DNA of 17,847 nucleotides from an uncultured archaeon. GTDB lineage: Archaea > Asgardarchaeota > Lokiarchaeia > Sigyniarchaeales > SOKP01. This document shows positions 1 through 8,756 of this stretch, in pieces; position 1 is the stretch's first letter; each line of letters opens with the position of its first letter. Location: positions 1 to 17,847 of the forward strand of contig CAZDTP010000067.1 of the NCBI GenBank assembly GCA_964508365.1, given 5' to 3'. Made by a program: the position numbers and the translations under genes. The notes under the pieces are model-generated. The model made no database searches. It saw nothing but the letters and a program-made list of their open reading frames with translations, and was not told where the DNA came from.

Positions 1-752
1 ATTCCATATCTCGAGTTATCAGAAACAATATTTTCAGATACTTTATTATACATACAACCAGTATAGATAAAAATTCCATTTCTTGCGTTCAATCTGATTT
101 CATTTCCTTCAATAGAGTTATAATCGCTATTATCATCTATTCTAATGCCCTGATATAGATTGAAGAAAATGTTATTTCCTATAATATTATTATAATCGCT
201 GTTATCTTCTATTCGCATACCATGATTCTGACTGCTAAAAATATCATTTCCTGAAATATTATTAAAAGAAGAACCTAGCAGATGTATTCCAATATAATTA
301 GAAGAAAAGTCGTTTCCATAAATTCTACTATTATTAACTGAATTGAGGATGAGACCTGCATCACCCTCGACTGAACCTATATTCGTGATTGTTATGTTCC
401 TCACTATAAAATAATCATTCGAATTTTCAATTTTAATCCCAAAACCAAGCCCGGTTCCATCAAGCGTTACGTTTTCAATTACATGTGGGTCTTCCCACGT
501 CCCAGTTCGATTTTGAATCCATGGTAGATCTTGTGCTGACCAATTATCTGCAGAAATATGTATATAGGAGACATCATTCTTATCCCAAAATCCTGCTTTT
601 TTAAGGGTTTCAATTCCAAAAGTGTCCTCTTGATTTATTACAAAATCCCGGTTAGACGATTGAAAATTATTGATAATATCAGTATTCAGAGTATAAGCCA
701 TTATGAGTATAGAAATAAGTAAAATTAAAACTCTATTCTTTTTAGATTTCAT
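1..752 (-). CDS. Secreted/membrane-anchored right-handed parallel beta-helix repeat protein (NosD/CASH-like), 3'-truncated by the window edge
   Basis: Not in the ORF track because it has no stop in the window. The frame is open from ATG 752 to the edge: MKSKKNRVLILLISILIMAYTLN (basic then hydrophobic signal/anchor)...GTWEDPHVIENVTLDG...GIHLLGSSFNNISGNDIF...GMRIEDNSDYNNIIGNNIF...GIRIDDNSDYNSIEGNEI, i.e. 22-24-aa 'GI.l..s..N.i.gN.i' beta-helix repeats. Confidence 0.85.
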   Translation of the reverse strand, partial: MKSKKNRVLILLISILIMAYTLNTDIINNFQSSNRDFVINQEDTFGIETLKKAGFWDKNDVSYIHISADNWSAQDLPWIQNRTGTWEDPHVIENVTLDGTGLGFGIKIENSNDYFIVRNITITNIGSVEGDAGLILNSVNNSRIYGNDFSSNYIGIHLLGSSFNNISGNDIFSSQNHGMRIEDNSDYNNIIGNNIFFNLYQGIRIDDNSDYNSIEGNEIRLNARNGIFIYTGCMYNKVSENIVSDNSRYG

Positions 753-884
753 TTAATATTCCCTTTTTATAGAAATTCTATTTAAGCAATTTAAGACTAA
801 CCGATTATTATTCTTTTCGTTTGTAAATATATATTATTGTCGAATTTAAAAAAATGAATTAAAAATTAGTTAGATAAAGCAGTA

Positions 885-923
885 TTTATAATTGACTCTC
901 ATGGAAATCGTTTATAATTGACT
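885..923 (+). promoter_or_regulatory. Duplicated TATA-box-containing element (TTTATAATTGACT x2)
   Basis: Exact 13-bp direct repeat at 885-897 and 911-923 (26-bp period). Each copy starts with TTTATAA, matching the archaeal TATA consensus. A third TTTATAAT lies at 1012-1019 upstream of the helicase. Confidence 0.55.
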
Positions 924-987
924 TAGTTGTATAGCTCACGGCTGATAACCGTGAAGTCGGGGGTTCAAAGCCCCCCTTTCACAACCA
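912..987 (+). tRNA. tRNA-Ile(GAU)-derived pseudo-tRNA / tRNA-like element lacking a paired acceptor stem
   Basis: Anticodon arm CACGG-CTGATAA-CCGTG (937-953, anticodon GAT 944-946). Variable loop AAGTC. T arm GGGGG-TTCAAAG-CCCCC (959-975). 3' end ...ACCA (984-987). The D arm is degenerate (ACTTAGTTGTATAGC, one G of GG missing). Expected acceptor strands TTATAAT (912-918) and CTTTCAC (976-982) do not pair. Confidence 0.8.
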
Positions 988-1077
988 GATATGAGAATAA
1001 TATGTCAATAATTTATAATACTAAAATTTTTACAATAATCTTTCGTACATAGAATTAATAGAAAGATAATTAATTAC

Positions 1078-4000
1078 ATGATTAATAATATTAGGGCTCT
1101 TAAATATGAGTGCCCGTTTTGTAATAACTCGTTAAACACAAAATTTACAAAGTGCTTTAATGTTTATTGTCAAGGCCATAAATTTAGCACAGATAATTTA
1201 GTTACTTTTAGGTTAAATCCAGAATTGGGTGTTGGAAGAATTGTAAAAAAAATAGAAATACCCGCATCAAGGTCCTTAGATGGCGACGATACTTATTTTT
1301 TAACAAAATACAAAGTGAAATTTAACAACAATAATATAAAAGTAATTCATCCACTTGATCTTATCCATTATGTTTTTGAGGTTAACGATACAATAGTTAC
1401 GAATAATGGAATTGGAACAGTCAACTCCAACAATTTCCTGATAAAAGATGGTAAGATTTCTTATGAAATTTTATTCACGAATGGAAAAATCACTCAAATT
1501 TACGAATCAGAAATAATTTCAAAATATGAAACTCCAATAAAAAGAATAATCGCAAGACAGAGAATTGATCCTCCCAAGAATTTTCTCGTAAAATATTGGG
1601 CTAATCTTTTTTATTCGTACTATACATCGTATCAAATTAAATGTATAACTAATTCTAGGCTATCTTTAATGCCACATCAAATAAATGTCGCCCATAGATT
1701 ATCCGAAGAATATTTTCCTCGCATAATTTTAGCTGATGAAGTAGGACTAGGAAAAACCATTGAAGCGGGTATTTATATCAAAGAAATGATGGCAAGAAAT
1801 CTCGCTGAAAGAATTCTAATAGTTGTTCCTGCTACACTTGTAAAACAATGGCAATTTGAAATGCAAAACAAGTTCAATATCGAATTTAGTATCTATGATG
1901 GGAAAAAGGTTAAGGATTTAGCTAAGAATAGAAGCAATCTTAGAGATAATACACTACAAAATCCGTTTTATTACGATAATCTTATTATTTGCTCCCTACA
2001 ATTCGCAAGAAATCAGAAATACAGAAATTTACTTTCCCAAATATCCTGGGACATAGTAATTTTTGACGAATCACATCATTTAAGGCGATATTTAGTTAAT
2101 GCAACAACTGGTAATTACCGAAAAACTTTAAATTATGAGTTAGCGAGAAATTTAAGCTTAACTACTGAATCTCTTTTGCTTTTATCGGCTACTCCCTTAC
2201 AATTACATTCTTTTGAGTTATATTCCCTTATTGAGTTAATCCAAAGAGAAGCTTTTGATAACTTTTCAGATTTTGAGCACTTTAGGAAAAATATGCCTTT
2301 TATAAATTTATTAATAGCCAACATTAATCAAATTGATAAACTTAACAATTTCGAAGTAAAAAATACAATTAAACTTCTTAAAAACTTAAATCATTTAAAT
2401 GAAAGTAAAAGCGATGACGAGATATTAAATCAATTAAAAGATGATACTTTTAAGTCAAATTTATTAAACAAAATTGAAAAAGATCATACACTCTCTCAAT
2501 TTCTCATAAGGAATCGTAAGAAGAACGTATTTTCAGAAGAATTTTTAAACGAGCGCGTGGTTAAAACAATTCTGGTAAATCCTACAGAGAGGGAGTTAGA
2601 ACTTTATAACGAAATTCGGCTTTATTTAGCAAAAATTTACAACACTTCAACAAATAAAGAGAACATCGGAATTGGATTTATCATAACGACGCTACAAAAA
2701 TTACTCACAAGTTCTAAATTTGCGTTCTTGAAGAGTCTCGAAAGGAGAATAGAACAAATTGAGCGTCAGAAAAGTTTCTCTCTTGAAATGAACATCTTAA
2801 GAGATGAAGACCCCGAATATTACGAACTAGAATTGGAAGACGGATATATCGACTCTGAACTTACCTTCAATGGCGAAACTGAATCTAATTATAGAGCTGA
2901 AAAGTTTTCCTTAACTTTTTTAGATCAAGAAAAAATTTTGAGAGAGTTCTATAATAAATTGAACTCCTTAACCTATGATTCTAAATGCCAAAAACTAGTA
3001 GAATTGGTAGAACAGATACATACTCAGAATCCTAATGAGAAAGTCTTGGTTTTCACTCAATTTGTTGATACGCTATTATATTTAAAAGAACTATTGAGTA
3101 AACAAGAACAAGAGTATTTTGTAGAAACTTTTTATGGTGGTTTGGATAAAGTTGAAAAAGACGAAGCTGTTGAAAGATTTCGTTCGAATAAGAACTTTTC
3201 AATCCTCATCTCAACAGAAATTGGGGGCGAAGGTAGGAATTTCCAATTTGCAAGAGTTATGATTAATTACGATCTACCTTGGAATCCGATGAAACTAGAA
3301 CAACGAATAGGAAGAATTGATAGAATCGGTCAAAAATCCAAAAAAGTATTTATTTATAATTTTTATATTGAAGGAACCATTGAAACAGACATTATGTTTG
3401 CTTTAGATAAAAGAATTCACTTATTTGAAGAGTCAATTGGTCAATTAGAACCAATTATCGGAACTATTGAAAAAGACATTAAAAACATCATTTTTACCGA
3501 AGAGGAGGGTAAAAAGAGAAAGAAAATAAATGAATTTAATAGAAAATTAGATCTTGAAGTAAAAAAAGCAAATGAGATGGAAATGCAGCTTGATGATTTG
3601 CTGATAGACAAAAAATCATTTAAAATGGATGACCTTATTACTTCATTGGATGCTTGTCGAGAAGTTAAATTAACTCATAACGAATTATTTCTCTTATTTT
3701 CAAGTTTTTTTAAATTGAACGATAAAAAATATGGGTCATTAAATATTCTTAAGGAAGGAATCCATGAAAATAATGGATTTCAAACAGAAATAAACCTTAG
3801 CAACGATTTTTTTTATGATATTCACGATTTTAAATTACTCAAAAGCTATTATGGTACGTTTAATTTAGATATAGCTAAAGAAAAAGAAGAAATTGATTTT
3901 TTTGCTTTGGGACATCCATTAATTAATGCGATACTAAACTTCTGTAGATCAGATAAATTCGATGGTTCTTTTACTCGATTATACCTGAAAAGAGAGATGT

Positions 4001-4683
4001 TACCTAAACATTTTAAAAAGACTTTATTATCTCAAAATCAAATTTATTTATTTATCTTTATTATTAAATTTCAAGGGTATATCTTAGAAAATCAGTATTC
4101 TGCTGTCGTTATTGATAAAGACGGCAGAGAATTGGAAAATTTAGCCGATAAAGTACTTGATATTAATGCCTTTGAAAACTTATATGATTTCAGAAATGAG
4201 AGTACAATTGAAAACGATATAGACAAAAGTTTAATAGAGAATCTAAGAAAAAAAGCAAAATCGCTTGTCAAATGGAAAACTTCCCAGTGGAAAACCGAAA
4301 TCAAAGCTTTAAACGATAAAATCTTCAAAATAGAGCAAGGGAAGAAAGAAAAAATTTATAAATACCGAAGCAGAACACTAAAATTGAGACTTGAATCCAT
4401 GAAGAAGACATTAGAAAAACAAGAAAACAAACGACCAACTGAAAGACAAAAATTAAACATCGAAAAATTGACAGAACAAAAAAAAAGAACGGAAAGAGAA
4501 GAGCAAATTAGTCTGTTAGAGGAACAAATAAAATTTACAAAGCTAGATATTGCTAGATTAGAAAAAGAAATAGACGATCTCTCTTTTGAATATAACGACT
4601 TAAATATTGATATGAGAAAAAGGAACTTAGCTAAATTTTATATTAATTTAGATGCGTTTGCTATCATACGATTTTCTGAGTAA
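1078..4683 (+). CDS. SNF2-family (RapA/HepA-like) ATP-dependent helicase/translocase with N-terminal Cys4 finger and C-terminal coiled coil
   Basis: Motifs: I ADEVGLGKTIEAG, II DESHH, III LSATPLQ, IV KVLVFTQF, V/VI STEIGGEGRNFQ...NYDLPWNPMKLEQRIGRIDRIGQ. N-terminus has C-x2-C-x10-C-x4-C, then an SH3/Tudor-like 'NPELGVGRIVK' segment as in RapA N-termini. The C-terminus is charged and heptad-rich. Confidence 0.9.
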   Translation: MINNIRALKYECPFCNNSLNTKFTKCFNVYCQGHKFSTDNLVTFRLNPELGVGRIVKKIEIPASRSLDGDDTYFLTKYKVKFNNNNIKVIHPLDLIHYVFEVNDTIVTNNGIGTVNSNNFLIKDGKISYEILFTNGKITQIYESEIISKYETPIKRIIARQRIDPPKNFLVKYWANLFYSYYTSYQIKCITNSRLSLMPHQINVAHRLSEEYFPRIILADEVGLGKTIEAGIYIKEMMARNLAERILIVVPATLVKQWQFEMQNKFNIEFSIYDGKKVKDLAKNRSNLRDNTLQNPFYYDNLIICSLQFARNQKYRNLLSQISWDIVIFDESHHLRRYLVNATTGNYRKTLNYELARNLSLTTESLLLLSATPLQLHSFELYSLIELIQREAFDNFSDFEHFRKNMPFINLLIANINQIDKLNNFEVKNTIKLLKNLNHLNESKSDDEILNQLKDDTFKSNLLNKIEKDHTLSQFLIRNRKKNVFSEEFLNERVVKTILVNPTERELELYNEIRLYLAKIYNTSTNKENIGIGFIITTLQKLLTSSKFAFLKSLERRIEQIERQKSFSLEMNILRDEDPEYYELELEDGYIDSELTFNGETESNYRAEKFSLTFLDQEKILREFYNKLNSLTYDSKCQKLVELVEQIHTQNPNEKVLVFTQFVDTLLYLKELLSKQEQEYFVETFYGGLDKVEKDEAVERFRSNKNFSILISTEIGGEGRNFQFARVMINYDLPWNPMKLEQRIGRIDRIGQKSKKVFIYNFYIEGTIETDIMFALDKRIHLFEESIGQLEPIIGTIEKDIKNIIFTEEEGKKRKKINEFNRKLDLEVKKANEMEMQLDDLLIDKKSFKMDDLITSLDACREVKLTHNELFLLFSSFFKLNDKKYGSLNILKEGIHENNGFQTEINLSNDFFYDIHDFKLLKSYYGTFNLDIAKEKEEIDFFALGHPLINAILNFCRSDKFDGSFTRLYLKREMLPKHFKKTLLSQNQIYLFIFIIKFQGYILENQYSAVVIDKDGRELENLADKVLDINAFENLYDFRNESTIENDIDKSLIENLRKKAKSLVKWKTSQWKTEIKALNDKIFKIEQGKKEKIYKYRSRTLKLRLESMKKTLEKQENKRPTERQKLNIEKLTEQKKRTEREEQISLLEEQIKFTKLDIARLEKEIDDLSFEYNDLNIDMRKRNLAKFYINLDAFAIIRFSE

Positions 4684-4789
4684 AAGAAAATTAACCTTTC
4701 TAACCAACCACGATTATGAGAGGGGCAAGAAATGTATTTAAATGAATTTCAATATTATTTACTAATGATAATTTCCCTCTCAAAATATC

Positions 4790-5668
4790 ATGAAAATAAG
4801 TAGTCAATTTATCAACACTCCTTTAAAGGAGTATAAGGTCCAGGTTGATTGGCGGAGCATTATGAATTATGCCGCTGCTATAAATGATGATAATCCAAAA
4901 TATTTTAATGATGAAAGCGAAGATGGTATTGTAGCCCATCCTATGTTCCCTGTGGCGGTTACTTGGCCAATTATGGAAAATTTATCAGAATACATTAATT
5001 CAGAGAACTTTCCTTTAAGAGTATTTGCAACTATTGTCCACTATTACGAGCACTTGAAAATTTATCGTTTAATAAGACCTAATGACGAGCTTAAAATTCA
5101 TGGTACAATTATAGCTATTTTACCCCATAGAGCTGGAACTCATGTTACACTTCGATTAGATGCTTTAGATAAAAATAATGATCTCGTATTCACTGAATAC
5201 ATCGGTGGAATGTTAAGAGGGGTAAAGTGCGTGGGAGATAGTAAAGGAGAGGAATCACTCCCTATACGCCCAAACCTTAAAAACGATGATGAACCTGTTT
5301 GGAAGAAAAATGTCTATATTGATAAACTAAGATCTTTCGTGTACGATGGTTGTACTGATATAGTTTTCCCTATTCATACATCTAAAAAATTTGCTCATTT
5401 TGTCGGGTTACCAGATATAATCCTGCAAGGTACTGCCACATTGGCTTTTGCTGTAAAAGAAATTATTAATATTGAATCAGAAAGAGACCCTAATAAAGTG
5501 CAAGAGATTGCATGTAATTTCTCAGGCATGGTTTATCTTGATTCAAACATATCAATTCAGATGATTAAAAAGAAAGAAACAGGAAACAGGAAAGAAATCT
5601 TCTTTGAGGTTTTTAATCACGAAAATCAAAAAGCGATTAGGAATGGTTATATTTTGTTAAAGAAATGA
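4790..5668 (+). CDS. MaoC/PaaZ-like double-hotdog (R)-specific enoyl-CoA hydratase/dehydratase family protein
   Basis: N-terminal 'MNYAAAINDDNPKYF...AHPMFPV' and C-terminal 'FPIHTSKKFAHFVGLPDIILQGTAT...FSGMVY' are the two MaoC-type hotdog halves. Confidence 0.8.
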   Translation: MKISSQFINTPLKEYKVQVDWRSIMNYAAAINDDNPKYFNDESEDGIVAHPMFPVAVTWPIMENLSEYINSENFPLRVFATIVHYYEHLKIYRLIRPNDELKIHGTIIAILPHRAGTHVTLRLDALDKNNDLVFTEYIGGMLRGVKCVGDSKGEESLPIRPNLKNDDEPVWKKNVYIDKLRSFVYDGCTDIVFPIHTSKKFAHFVGLPDIILQGTATLAFAVKEIINIESERDPNKVQEIACNFSGMVYLDSNISIQMIKKKETGNRKEIFFEVFNHENQKAIRNGYILLKK

Positions 5669-5711
5669 TTTCAACAGATATAAGCGATACATTTCGATGT
5701 TATAGTTAATT

Positions 5712-5719
5712 AAAAAAAA
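5712..5719 (-). terminator. Oligo-T tract, putative archaeal-type terminator of the aminotransferase
   Basis: A8 on the + strand (T8 on the - strand) about 20 nt past the stop at 5738, between convergent genes. Confidence 0.4.
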
Positions 5720-5737
5720 GAAATAGTAGAAATTTTA

Positions 5738-7189
5738 TTATTTTACTTTTTTTAAAGCATCTTTTAGAGTTAGTTCAAAGTTCTCTAAAATAAAATCGGT
5801 ATCTTCTTCAGTAGAAACTAAAGGAGGTTTGATTTTAGTTACATTCCTTCGTCTTAGTTTACCTGTTCCGGTTAGTATTGGCATGCTAGCTCCTAAATAT
5901 AAGTTGTGCTCCGGCGCTAGTAAAATCATTTCCTCAGAAAGCTCCGTAAAAGGCTCGCGAGTTTCTTTGTTTTTTACAAATTCTATTCCGATAAATAATC
6001 CAGGGCCTCTGATATCTCCAACTTCTTCGTATTCTTCTTGCATTTCTAATAATCGTTTAGTGATCTTATTACCCATTTTTTCACAGTTTTCACCAATTTT
6101 ACCTTTCTCAATGACTTTAATTGCTGCTAAGGAAGTAGCCATTGATAATGGATCAGAGCTAAATGTAGTGTGCTCTTCTGAAGGACCAAATCTTTTCTTG
6201 ATTTTTGGAGATGCTACTAAAACTCCTAACGGATATCCGCCTCCGATTCCTTTAGTAAATGTCATCATATCTGGAGAAACATCCAAGTTCAATTCCTTTT
6301 GATATCGCTCTGTTATTGTGAAATATTTTCCACATCTCCACATGCTCGTTTGACATTCATCATAGATTAAGAACACATTTTCCTCTTCACAAGATTCTTT
6401 TAATTTTCTCAAAAATTCGGGAGGTGCGGGTATTTGACCTCCAGCTGCTTGAATTGGCTCAAGCATAATACCTGCAAATCTTTTTGGAGCCATTCCTAGT
6501 ATATAATTTTCTACTAAGTCAAAACATTCCAAGTTACAGGAAGGATCTTTTTTACCGTTTAATCCTCCTTTATAATTCCATAGGCATCTATAACAATAAG
6601 GATAAGGCATTCTAGTGAAGTGTTCGTGTCCAAAACTAGTAAAACGGTTTACCCCATGCATTGGTTGAGTGGCGGTACTCATTACTAAAGTAGAGCCGTG
6701 ATAACCACCCCAAAAAACTCCAAAAAGGTCAGCCCCTCTAGATGCCATCATTGCGAGTTTGATAGCTGCTTCATTTGCTAATCCCCCACCTTGATTGTTT
6801 AATGAAACCCTTCCTCCTTTAAGTTTTCCGGGTGCTAATTCTGCGATTTTATTTACTAATTTTATTCTGGCAGGAGTTAATACATTATATCGTACGTGAT
6901 TTAGTCTAATCATTTGTTGATAAGCCGCATAATTAACATCAGGGTGTGCAAATCCGAGAGTTAAAGTCCAATTCATGGATGTAGCATCAAGAATCTCTTT
7001 TACATTCCCTTCTCTATCAATTACTTTCACCCAAGAAGATCCTGGTTCTTTTGCTTCTATAACAGTTAAAGCTTCATAAAAAGAATTAAGTGCGTGTTTA
7101 TCAAACTCTACAAGTTCTTCCTCATTAATTCCCGATGGAATTCGTTCAATTTCTTCTTTTGTTAAAATTTTAGGTTCAATTTCCTTCAT
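5738..7189 (-). CDS. Class III PLP-dependent aminotransferase (4-aminobutyrate/omega-amino acid aminotransferase-like)
   Basis: ANEAAIK, GGYHGST, PYPYCYRC, MLEPIQAAGG, LIYDECQT, TFTKGIGGGYPLG (PLP lysine), GDIRGPGLFIGIEFV, KIKPPL. Substrate is not determinable from sequence. Confidence 0.9.
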   Translation of the reverse strand: MKEIEPKILTKEEIERIPSGINEEELVEFDKHALNSFYEALTVIEAKEPGSSWVKVIDREGNVKEILDATSMNWTLTLGFAHPDVNYAAYQQMIRLNHVRYNVLTPARIKLVNKIAELAPGKLKGGRVSLNNQGGGLANEAAIKLAMMASRGADLFGVFWGGYHGSTLVMSTATQPMHGVNRFTSFGHEHFTRMPYPYCYRCLWNYKGGLNGKKDPSCNLECFDLVENYILGMAPKRFAGIMLEPIQAAGGQIPAPPEFLRKLKESCEEENVFLIYDECQTSMWRCGKYFTITERYQKELNLDVSPDMMTFTKGIGGGYPLGVLVASPKIKKRFGPSEEHTTFSSDPLSMATSLAAIKVIEKGKIGENCEKMGNKITKRLLEMQEEYEEVGDIRGPGLFIGIEFVKNKETREPFTELSEEMILLAPEHNLYLGASMPILTGTGKLRRRNVTKIKPPLVSTEEDTDFILENFELTLKDALKKVK

Positions 7190-7366
7190 AATAAATCTAA
7201 AAATATTTTATTTTTTTTAAATTAAATTTGAGAACATAGTTTTTAAAAGTAGTGGTAAGAAATTTTGTTTCTATCAAAAAGTATGTTATTGTCATATAAA
7301 AAAAATTTAAGATTTAAATTGATTTCCTAAACTTACCCTAATAAAATAAGGAATAAAAGATTATTC

Positions 7367-8581
7367 ATGAAACAATTCTCTCTTCTAATCAAGCCAGCCT
7401 CGGCTGATTGCAATCTAAGATGCGAGTATTGTTTTTACATAGATCATTTAGAAAGTGGAAGTAAGAACCCTCGAATGTCTGATGAGATATTGGAACTCAT
7501 GATAAAAAGTTATATGAGCATTGATCAGAATAAACAATATGCTTTCGGATGGCAGGGTGGAGAACCTACTTTAATGGGGCTTGATTTTTTCAAAAAAGTC
7601 GTAGAAATGCAAATTAAGTACGGCCCCCCTGGATCTTCAGTTAGTAATGGACTTCAAACTAACGGTACAATGATAACAGAAGAGATGGCGAAATTTTTTG
7701 GAGAGTATAAATTCCTTCTTGGGGTTAGCTTAGATGGACCGGAATATCTTCACGATTACTATAGGAAAACCATTGGTCAGAAGCCGACTCATGCGCTAGT
7801 GTTGCGTGGTATAGCGCGCCTCAAGCAACATGGTGTAGAGTTTAATATATTAACATTAATTAATAACCAGACCGTAAAAAAAGCTAAAGAAATTTATCAC
7901 TATCATTGTGATAATGGCTTCTTTTTCCATCAGTATATCCCCTGCGTTGAGTTCGATGTGGATGGTAGTCTTAAACCTTTTTCTATTACCGGAGAAGAGT
8001 GGGGGATATTTCTATCAGATTTATTCGATGAGTGGATAAAAGGAGATGTAAATAAAGTTTCTATTCGCTTATTTGACTCTATCATGGAATATTTGGTGCA
8101 TGGGCGGTACAATGTCTGTTATATGGGAAAAAATTGCGTTCAATATTTTGTTATCGAATATGATGGAAGCATTTACCCATGTGACTTTTTTGTGCGTAAA
8201 GATCTCTTATTAGGGAACTTAAAAACCGATTCTTGGGAGGATCTCTTAAAATCTAAAGGATATCAAGACTTCGGAAGCCAAAAAGCAAACTGGAATAAAG
8301 AATGTGAGCTATGTCCTTATCTTAGTTTTTGCCATGGAGATTGTCAGAAATTTCGCTTTGGAGCACCTACAAATCCAAAAGAAATGAGTGCTCTATGTAA
8401 AGGTTGGAGAATGTTTTATACTCGTAAATTACCAAATTTTATAAGTATAGCAGAAGAATATAAAGCTCAACATAAGATAAACACTCCACCTCATTTTAAA
8501 ATGGATAAGATTGAGAGAAATGTACCATGTCCCTGTGGAAGTGGAAAAAAATTTAAATATTGTTGTGGAAAAAAAACTTAA
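7367..8581 (+). CDS. Anaerobic sulfatase maturase (anSME/AslB-type) radical SAM-SPASM protein with C-terminal SEC-C motif
   Basis: IKPASADCNLRCEYC (CxxxCxxC), WQGGEPTL, QTNGT, GVSLDG. Eight SPASM cysteines (NVCYMGKNC, YPCD, CELCPYLSFCHGDC, ALC). C-terminal CPCGSGKKFKYCC (SEC-C). Confidence 0.88.
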   Translation: MKQFSLLIKPASADCNLRCEYCFYIDHLESGSKNPRMSDEILELMIKSYMSIDQNKQYAFGWQGGEPTLMGLDFFKKVVEMQIKYGPPGSSVSNGLQTNGTMITEEMAKFFGEYKFLLGVSLDGPEYLHDYYRKTIGQKPTHALVLRGIARLKQHGVEFNILTLINNQTVKKAKEIYHYHCDNGFFFHQYIPCVEFDVDGSLKPFSITGEEWGIFLSDLFDEWIKGDVNKVSIRLFDSIMEYLVHGRYNVCYMGKNCVQYFVIEYDGSIYPCDFFVRKDLLLGNLKTDSWEDLLKSKGYQDFGSQKANWNKECELCPYLSFCHGDCQKFRFGAPTNPKEMSALCKGWRMFYTRKLPNFISIAEEYKAQHKINTPPHFKMDKIERNVPCPCGSGKKFKYCCGKKT

Positions 8582-8756
8582 CAAATATGGATTCCTACCA
8601 AGAATTGGACAATATGTAAAGATAGAAGGGCTTAAAGCGCCCTCCCGGGGGATGGAATTCACGATTTTTTCATGAGCCATTTGACTTATTTAAAGCATAT
8701 TGAACCTTTTAAACCTCGTTTAAAAAAATAGAGCTCCAAGAATAAATTTATTAACC

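Noticed and set aside
901-907. ATGGAAA as a displaced 5' acceptor strand of an intron-containing tRNA
   Set aside because: At most 5 weak pairs with 977-981, wrong register, and no bulge-helix-bulge motif visible.
1078-4683. DISARM or other SNF2-based defence system
   Set aside because: No DNA methylase, DUF1998, PLD nuclease or other partner is adjacent. The flanking genes are a surface protein and a MaoC enzyme.
8520-8675. 51-aa +1-frame ORF overlapping the maturase end (…NKYGFLPRIGQYVKIEGLKA…), possibly reachable by slippage at the A8 run 8569-8576
   Set aside because: The maturase ends naturally right after its SEC-C motif. No family was recognised for the overlapping peptide and no frameshift-stimulating structure was seen.
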